Origin: Candidatus Altiarchaeota archaeon
GTDB taxonomy: Archaea > Altiarchaeota > Altiarchaeia > IMC4 > QMZM01
Reading direction: 5' to 3'
Assembly: GCA_038891095.1 (NCBI GenBank)
Contig: JAWAEV010000008.1
Span: 1-26,915, forward strand
Length of the DNA stretch: 26,915 bases
The number at the start of each line of letters is the position of its first letter. The first letter of the stretch is position 1. A program made the position numbers and the translations under genes. This document shows, in pieces, positions 1 to 5,194 of this stretch. The notes under the pieces were generated by a model. That model was not told the origin of the DNA. It saw only the letters and a program-made list of their open reading frames with translations, and searched no databases.

Positions 1-539
1 ATTGCTTCTTTGAAAACCTCTCTCGGATGCACTATGCTTTCATTGAGACCACCTACAGAAACCGTCTTGTATCTAAGTAGTGGATTAGCTATTGGAGAAT
101 GTTTAATAATCTTATTTCTTGTATCAAGAAAAACAACTCTAAAGTATTCTTTATCTAAATATTGCATCCTCTTTAGAAATATTTTTGTGACATCTTCAGC
201 ATTTCTTATTATTTTTCTCTTTTTATCTGGATAAGCATCTAAACGTTTTACTAACTCAAAAGCTGCTGCTATTTGGCATGCTTTAGCTTCTCCAACCCCA
301 GGAATTTTCATTAATTCTATAACAGAAGCTTCTGCAAGTTTTTTTAAGTTATATTCCTTTAAAATCCTCATAGCAAGATTTATAACATTCTCTTCTTTAG
401 TTCCTGTCCTTAGTAATATAGCAAGAAGTTCTGCATTACTTAGAGTGTGAGCTCCAAAATTAATTAACCTTTCTCTTGGTCTTTCAGGTAGTGGCAAGTC
501 TTTTATTCTCAGCTTTCCTTTATTTTGAGTAGTCTTCAT
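1..539 (-). CDS. radC: RadC/JAB-domain (UPF0758) protein, 3' end runs off the window
   Basis: Not in the ORF track. Hand translation from ATG at 539 gives MKTTQNKGKLRIKDLPLPERPRERLINFGAHTLSNAELLAILLRTGTKEENV...IPGVGEAKACQIAAAFEL...LDTRNKII...SVGGLNESIVHPREVFKEA, which contains the hallmark RadC motifs (ERPRERL, ELLAILL, HhH, HPREVF). Confidence 0.95.
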   Translation of the reverse strand, partial: MKTTQNKGKLRIKDLPLPERPRERLINFGAHTLSNAELLAILLRTGTKEENVINLAMRILKEYNLKKLAEASVIELMKIPGVGEAKACQIAAAFELVKRLDAYPDKKRKIIRNAEDVTKIFLKRMQYLDKEYFRVVFLDTRNKIIKHSPIANPLLRYKTVSVGGLNESIVHPREVFKEA

Positions 540-555
540 CTTCTAACCTTCAAAT

Positions 556-789
556 TTATTTTAATACCCTTCTCCTTCCTTTACTACCAAACTGCTTTAC
601 CGGCTGAAATGGCATGGCCATTGTATCAGCTAAAATATCTTCTTCTCTTTCATTGATGCCATATTTCAACTCAATTTCTTTAGGCTCTTCTTTAGGCGGA
701 AATAGTAAATTTTTGAAAGATTCAGGAATATCCTTGGCTTCTTCCATCCTTTTTATAAATTCCTGTTTTAATTCATTATCAAGTTGCAT
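556..789 (-). pseudogene. Truncated N-terminal fragment of a Type III R-M (Mod)-like adenine methyltransferase
   Basis: ELKYGINEREEDILADTMAMPFQPVKQFG resembles, from my recollection, the N-terminus of archaeal/bacterial Mod-type MTases. The ORF ends after 77 aa with no DPPF/FxGxG motifs. Confidence 0.6.
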
Positions 790-1015
790 TTTATCTCACT
801 TTATCCCTCTCAGCATTTACAATAATGGCTTTGCATTTAGGAAATCCTTTGCTTTTTGTTTGTTGTTTCTCGAGAACCTAGTATATTCGTAAAGCTCACA
901 GACATAATTCAATTTGATTTTTTCTTATAGTCATTACTTATATAACTTTAGTGAATAAAAGATTATACTAAGGAAACATTTAAACACAAAAGTGAAATTA
1001 AATTGGAAAGAAAAG

Positions 1016-1035
1016 TGTCAATGTTGAATTTGACA
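1016..1035. promoter_or_regulatory. Palindrome TGTCAA-N8-TTGACA, possible operator
   Basis: Perfect 6-bp inverted repeat in the divergent intergenic region upstream of pyrD. Confidence 0.25.
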
Positions 1036-1067
1036 AAAAGGGGTGACTTGATATAACATAGAGGATA

Positions 1068-1075
1068 TATTTAAC
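1068..1075 (+). promoter_or_regulatory. Putative archaeal TATA box for pyrD (near-leaderless)
   Basis: TATTTAAC starts 29 nt upstream of ATG 1097. Weak evidence in AT-rich DNA. Confidence 0.3.
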
Positions 1076-1096
1076 TAAAGAATAAATAAATTACTG

Positions 1097-1999
1097 ATGG
1101 ACATTTCTACTAAAATTTCAGGAATAAAATTAGAAAATCCAACAATTCTTGCTTCTGGAATTTTAGGCACAAGTGCTGCTTCATTGATAAGAGTTGCAAG
1201 AAGTGGTGCTGGTGCAGTCACAACAAAATCAATTTCAATGAATAAAAGAGCAGGTCATAAAGGACCTGTGATTGTTGAAATTCAAGATGGGCTCTTAAAT
1301 GCAGTTGGTTTATCTTCAGCAGGGGTTCAAGAATCTTGTGAAGAAATTAAAAAGTTTATCTCTGCAACAAAAACACCAATAATTGCAAGTTTTTTTTCTC
1401 GCTCAGTGGAGGAATTTGCAGAATTAGCTGAGAAAATTTCTGAAGCAAAGCCAAATTTTCTTGAAGCAAATATTTCTTGTCCAAATTTAAAAGGAAAAAT
1501 TATTGGGACTGATGCTAAACTCTCTACAAAAGTTGTTGAAAAAATAAAGGAAAGAACAGAGATACCTTTGATAGTTAAGTTAACTCCTAATACCCCTGAT
1601 ATAGTGAAAATTGCAAAGGCTGTTGAATCTGCAGGAGCAGATGCAATTTCAGCAATAAACACTCTTGGCCCTGGAATGAAAATTGACATTAAGCTTAAAA
1701 AACCAATTCTTGGGAATAAATTTGGTGGCGTTTCAGGTCCTTGTATAAAACCAATTGCAGTAAGATGTGTTTATCATATCTATGAAGCAGTGAAAATTCC
1801 AATAATTGGTATTGGAGGTATTACAAAGGCCGAAGATGCGATTGAGATGCTAATGGCTGGTGCATCTGCAGTTGGTATAGGGACTGGAATTCTTTATAGG
1901 GATTTGAAAATTTTTAGAGAAATTTCAAGAGGAATAGAAAATTTTATGAGAGAGAACAATTATAAAAATTTGAGGGATATTATAGGAGCAGCACATTAA
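1097..1999 (+). CDS. pyrD: Dihydroorotate dehydrogenase, class 1 catalytic subunit
   Basis: Motifs NPTILASG, GAVTTKS, LNAVGL, NISCPN (catalytic Cys), VKLTPN, AINT, GGVSGP, IIGIGGI; 300 aa. Confidence 0.96.
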   Translation: MDISTKISGIKLENPTILASGILGTSAASLIRVARSGAGAVTTKSISMNKRAGHKGPVIVEIQDGLLNAVGLSSAGVQESCEEIKKFISATKTPIIASFFSRSVEEFAELAEKISEAKPNFLEANISCPNLKGKIIGTDAKLSTKVVEKIKERTEIPLIVKLTPNTPDIVKIAKAVESAGADAISAINTLGPGMKIDIKLKKPILGNKFGGVSGPCIKPIAVRCVYHIYEAVKIPIIGIGGITKAEDAIEMLMAGASAVGIGTGILYRDLKIFREISRGIENFMRENNYKNLRDIIGAAH

Positions 2000-2091
2000 T
2001 TCCTTATTTCTTCTAAAAATAGTAGATGTCAAGCAAATATTATCTTATCTGTATAAACCTACTTTATGTTCTTGAGCATTTGTCGTTTAAT

Positions 2092-2478
2092 CTATAATTT
2101 CCCCATTTTCCATAGAGCAAATTTATCTGCTTTTGTTTGTTTACATTTTGTAGATAGACCGTTTTTATAGTCTAAATAATGAGAAATTTCATGAAGGAAA
2201 ATAAAGCTTATAAGTTCTTCTGCTGAATTCATCTTATAGAATTTCCATGAAGATCTATCAAAAGGCGAGCCAACCTTTATTTTCAAAGGATAGAAATTTT
2301 TTGGATTTATTGAAACTCTTATTTTGTCCCTTTTATAATAGCAAACTCCAGAATATTGCACAGAAGAATTTTTCTTTGTATATGAAATTTTAACTAAAAG
2401 ATTTTCAACGGGATATGTGGCTACATAGCTTCTTAGTACTTGCTCAACATGAAATTTTGTTTTGTTTATTATCTGCAT
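2092..2478 (-). CDS. Small HExxH zinc-metallopeptidase-like protein (ImmA/IrrE/SprT-like)
   Basis: FIFLHEISHY motif followed by QTKADKFA helix; 128 aa. Confidence 0.6.
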   Translation of the reverse strand: MQIINKTKFHVEQVLRSYVATYPVENLLVKISYTKKNSSVQYSGVCYYKRDKIRVSINPKNFYPLKIKVGSPFDRSSWKFYKMNSAEELISFIFLHEISHYLDYKNGLSTKCKQTKADKFALWKMGKL

Positions 2479-2596
2479 TTTTAATTTTGTGATTTAATTT
2501 AATATTATTCCATGCATAAATTATTTAATTGTAGATAGCGATTGTAGTGATTTCAGTGAATTACAAGAATTGGCTAAGAGAGAATAGCAATTAGAT

Positions 2597-2618
2597 GGGC
2601 CCGTAGCTCAGTCTGGTT
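2597..2618 (+). pseudogene. tRNA-Ile(CAU) 5' fragment, copy 1
   Basis: Identical to nt 1-22 of the intact tRNA at 2783. No anticodon or T arm follows. Confidence 0.8.
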
Positions 2619-2689
2619 GCAACCCTTTTAAGAAAAGTGTTGCATCCCAAAATGAGAGCTGCGGAAAAGTGAAATTTAGAAATTTAGAT

Positions 2690-2711
2690 GGGCCCGTAGC
2701 TCAGTCTGGTT
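2690..2711 (+). pseudogene. tRNA-Ile(CAU) 5' fragment, copy 2
   Basis: Identical to nt 1-22 of the intact tRNA at 2783. No anticodon or T arm follows. Confidence 0.8.
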
Positions 2712-2782
2712 GCAACCCTTTTAAGAAAAGTGTTGCATCCCAAAATGAGAGCTGCGGAAAAGTGAAATTTAGAAATTTAGAT

Positions 2783-2899
2783 GGGCCCGTAGCTCAGTCT
2801 GGTTTAGAGCGCTCGACTCATAGAACCTTTTTTCTCTTTTGAGAGAGAAAAGAAATTTGAGAGATCGAGTGGTCGAGGGTTCGAATCCCTTCGGGCCCA
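2783..2899 (+). tRNA. tRNA-Ile2 (anticodon CAU) with 41-nt intron at position 37/38 (2823-2863)
   Basis: Cloverleaf: acceptor GGGCCCG/CGGGCCC + A73, D stem GCTC/GAGC, anticodon stem CTCGA/TCGAG with loop CT-CAT-A|A, T arm GAGGG-TTCGAAT-CCCTT. BHB: CTCA pairs with TGAG, bulges TA|G and AG|A. The GGGCCCG acceptor is Ile-type rather than Met-type. Confidence 0.92.
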
Positions 2900-2924
2900 T
2901 TTGTTCTTCATGTAAAGAGAAAAT

Positions 2925-3043
2925 GCCTCAGTGGCTCAGCCTGGAAGAGCAGCTGACTTGTAAGAAAATTTTTTCCTTAGAAAAAAGAAAACACGGAATG
3001 CCAAGAAATCAGCGGGTCGGGGGTTCAAATCCCCCCTGAGGCT
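2925..3043 (+). tRNA. tRNA-Thr (anticodon UGU) with 45-nt intron at position 37/38 (2963-3007)
   Basis: Acceptor GCCTCAG/CTGAGGC + U73, D stem GCTC/GAGC, anticodon stem GCTGA/TCAGC with loop CT-TGT-A|A, T arm GGGGG-TTCAAAT-CCCCC. BHB central helix CTTG/CAAG. Confidence 0.93.
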
Positions 3044-3048
3044 TTTTT
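3043..3048 (+). terminator. Possible oligo-T terminator after tRNA-Thr
   Basis: T-run directly after the tRNA 3' end. Only 14 nt separate the tRNA from the next ATG, so read-through is also plausible. Confidence 0.3.
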
Positions 3049-3057
3049 ATGGATTAA

Positions 3058-4527
3058 ATGACATCATTAGCTTTTTATGGTGGTGTAAATGAGATAGGTG
3101 GCAATAAAATTCTTTTAGCTGATAAAAATACGAGAATTTTTCTTGATTTTGGAATGAGTTTTTCCTTAGCTAATAAATACTTTGATGAGTTTATGCAGCC
3201 AAGAAAATGCAATGGAATTTTTGACTTAGTTGAATTTGGTTTATTGCCAAACTTGAAAGGTTTATATAGATGCGATTACATGCAACATTGCAAATGCGAG
3301 AAAGAAAAGAGAGAATTTGATGCTGTTTTGCTGACTCATGCACATATGGATCATTGTTCTTACATTCACTACTTAAGAGAGGACATACCAATTTATTGCA
3401 GTCTTGCTTCAAGAAATATAATGCAGGCATTAGATGAAACTTCATCTACAGGAACAACAGAGCTCATATGGCTTAGGGAATCTTTCAAAATTTATGTTAA
3501 TAAAAATGGGGAGTGCTCAAGGTTAATAGGAGAGAAAACAAAAAAGGAAAGAACTTATGAAATTGTTGAAGATGGCAAAAAATTTAAAGTTGGGGATATT
3601 GAAATTGAGCCATTAGCAGTGAATCATTCCTTAGAGGGTGCAACATCTTATATCATACACACTGAAAAAGGGCCAATTATCTATACAGGAGATTTTCGCT
3701 TCCATGGCTATAAAGGTGAACTAACTAAGAAATTTGTAGAAAGAGCAACTAAGGTTGAGCCAATAGCCTTGATATGCGAAGGTACTAGAATAGGGGAAAA
3801 AGAAACCGAAACAGAAGAACAAGTTAAGGAGAAGGTACTTGAAAGAGTTGAAAAAACAAAAAATTTAGTTGTTGTAAATTTTCCTATCAGAGACACAGAA
3901 AGAATGCTATCATTTCATAGAGTTGCAAAGGAAACAAACAGGGCATTAGTTATAAATTTAAAACAAGCCTATCTTCTCAAATTATTCGAAAATTCCGGCA
4001 TTTCTGCACCAAAAATTGATGATGAAAATATTCGAATTTATATTCCAAGAAAAGGTTGGGGAGTTTTCAGAGATGAAAGATTTGATGATAGAATTCAGCA
4101 ACAAGATTATGAGTACTGGGAAAGAGAATTTTTAGAACATCCAAATGCTATCACTGCAAGAGAGATTAATAAAGAGCAAGAAGCATTTATCTTCAGATGT
4201 GATTTCTTTGAATTGAAAGAGCTAATTGATATTAAACCAAAAAAAGATTCAAGTTATATAAGGAGCATATGCGAGCCATTTGACATAGAAATGGAGTTAA
4301 ATTTAGAAAAAGTTGAAAACTGGCTTAAGCATTTCGGGCTTTTTCCATATTCACAAATTCATGCATCTGGACATCTTAGCGGTGAAGAACTTAAAGAGGT
4401 TATTGAAGAAATTTCACCAGAGAAAATTTTTCCTGTGCATACTTCTAAGCAAGAAATTTTCAGGGAATTAATTAATATGCCAGAAAGGATAACACTTATA
4501 GAAAAAGGGAAATATTATGAATTATAG
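3058..4527 (+). CDS. MBL-fold beta-CASP ribonuclease (RNase J-like)
   Basis: Motifs GGVNEIGGN, LDFG, THAHMDH (HxHxDH), VNHS, YTGDFR, CEGT, HASGH, PVHT; 489 aa. Confidence 0.9.
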   Translation: MTSLAFYGGVNEIGGNKILLADKNTRIFLDFGMSFSLANKYFDEFMQPRKCNGIFDLVEFGLLPNLKGLYRCDYMQHCKCEKEKREFDAVLLTHAHMDHCSYIHYLREDIPIYCSLASRNIMQALDETSSTGTTELIWLRESFKIYVNKNGECSRLIGEKTKKERTYEIVEDGKKFKVGDIEIEPLAVNHSLEGATSYIIHTEKGPIIYTGDFRFHGYKGELTKKFVERATKVEPIALICEGTRIGEKETETEEQVKEKVLERVEKTKNLVVVNFPIRDTERMLSFHRVAKETNRALVINLKQAYLLKLFENSGISAPKIDDENIRIYIPRKGWGVFRDERFDDRIQQQDYEYWEREFLEHPNAITAREINKEQEAFIFRCDFFELKELIDIKPKKDSSYIRSICEPFDIEMELNLEKVENWLKHFGLFPYSQIHASGHLSGEELKEVIEEISPEKIFPVHTSKQEIFRELINMPERITLIEKGKYYEL

Positions 4528-4542
4528 ACTTTATGAGTGAGA

Positions 4543-5154
4543 ATGAAATCTAAAATACCAATTCATTTGTTGAATACATTTGCTTATTGTGAATATCAAA
4601 TTTATCTTGAGAAAGTTAAAGGCATAGAAGTTGAGCCAACTATAGAAATGCAAAAGGGAAAAGAAACTCATAGCTTTCTTGAGGAGGAGCATTTAAAGAA
4701 AGCTGAGCTTGAGTTAACTGTTGATCAAGCTATAAAGAAGGCAATTCTTGATAATGTAAAAATTATTGGCAGAGAGATTCCTGTTTCTGGAGAACATATT
4801 TATGGTTTGATTGATGAAGCACATTTTATGCCATATAAAATTTTGATAATAGATGATAAACCAGGAAATTTTCCATATTTTAGTAGTAAATTACAGCTTT
4901 GGGGTTATTGTTTAGCATTTCAACAGCAATACAAAGTTTCTTTACCGATTTTTGCATGTCTTAGAAATAGGGATACCCAACAATTAATTTGGGATGAGAA
5001 ATTTTCTGATGAGCAAAAAGATATTGTTATAAACTCAATAAACAGAATTTTTGGAATTTTGAATGGCAACATAAAACCAATTCCTGCAAAAAAGGAAAGC
5101 AAATGTAAAAAGTGTAGATTTAAGCAGTTTTGTGTGCCACTTTATAAAATATAG
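4543..5154 (+). CDS. Cas4-like PD-(D/E)XK exonuclease with Fe-S cluster Cys motifs (solo Cas4)
   Basis: N-terminal AYCEYQ, GKETH, GLIDE...IIDDKP, QLWGY and C-terminal CKKCRFKQFC. The ATG at 4543 is preceded by GAGTGA; GTG 4537 is an alternative start. Confidence 0.85.
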   Translation: MKSKIPIHLLNTFAYCEYQIYLEKVKGIEVEPTIEMQKGKETHSFLEEEHLKKAELELTVDQAIKKAILDNVKIIGREIPVSGEHIYGLIDEAHFMPYKILIIDDKPGNFPYFSSKLQLWGYCLAFQQQYKVSLPIFACLRNRDTQQLIWDEKFSDEQKDIVINSINRIFGILNGNIKPIPAKKESKCKKCRFKQFCVPLYKI

Positions 5155-5161
5155 GGAAGTA

Positions 5162-5169
5162 TTTTATAC
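5162..5169 (+). promoter_or_regulatory. Putative TATA box of the pilin-domain gene
   Basis: TTTTATAC lies 26-33 nt upstream of ATG 5195. Confidence 0.3.
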
Positions 5170-5194
5170 TCCATATTGAAATAATTTTAATGAA

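Larger units (their letters stand above)
2591..2804 (+). repeat. Tandem repeat with 93-bp period (about 2.3 copies): 28-bp direct repeat TTAGATGGGCCCGTAGCTCAGTCTGGTT x3 separated by two identical 65-bp spacers
   Basis: Direct repeats at 2591-2618, 2684-2711 and 2777-2804. The spacers are identical and contain the palindrome TGCAACCCTTTTAAGAAAAGTGTTGCA. Confidence 0.95.

Noticed and set aside
10-234. 74-aa + strand ORF, and likewise 614..892
   Set aside because: These are antisense shadows of radC and the MTase fragment.
987-999. AAAAGTGAAATT match to the tail of the 93-bp repeat unit
   Set aside because: A 12-nt AT-rich match that is plausible by chance.
2591-2804. CRISPR array (3 repeats of 28 bp near a Cas4-like gene)
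   Set aside because: The repeat is the tRNA 5' end, the two spacers are identical and 65 bp long, and there is no cas1/cas2 in the window.
2783-2899. Assignment as tRNA-Met
   Set aside because: The anticodon is CAU, but the GGGCCCG acceptor stem is Ile-type. There is no initiator A1-U72 pair and no GGG/CCC anticodon stem.
2839-3039. 66-aa ORF in the track
   Set aside because: It overlaps two well-formed tRNA genes.
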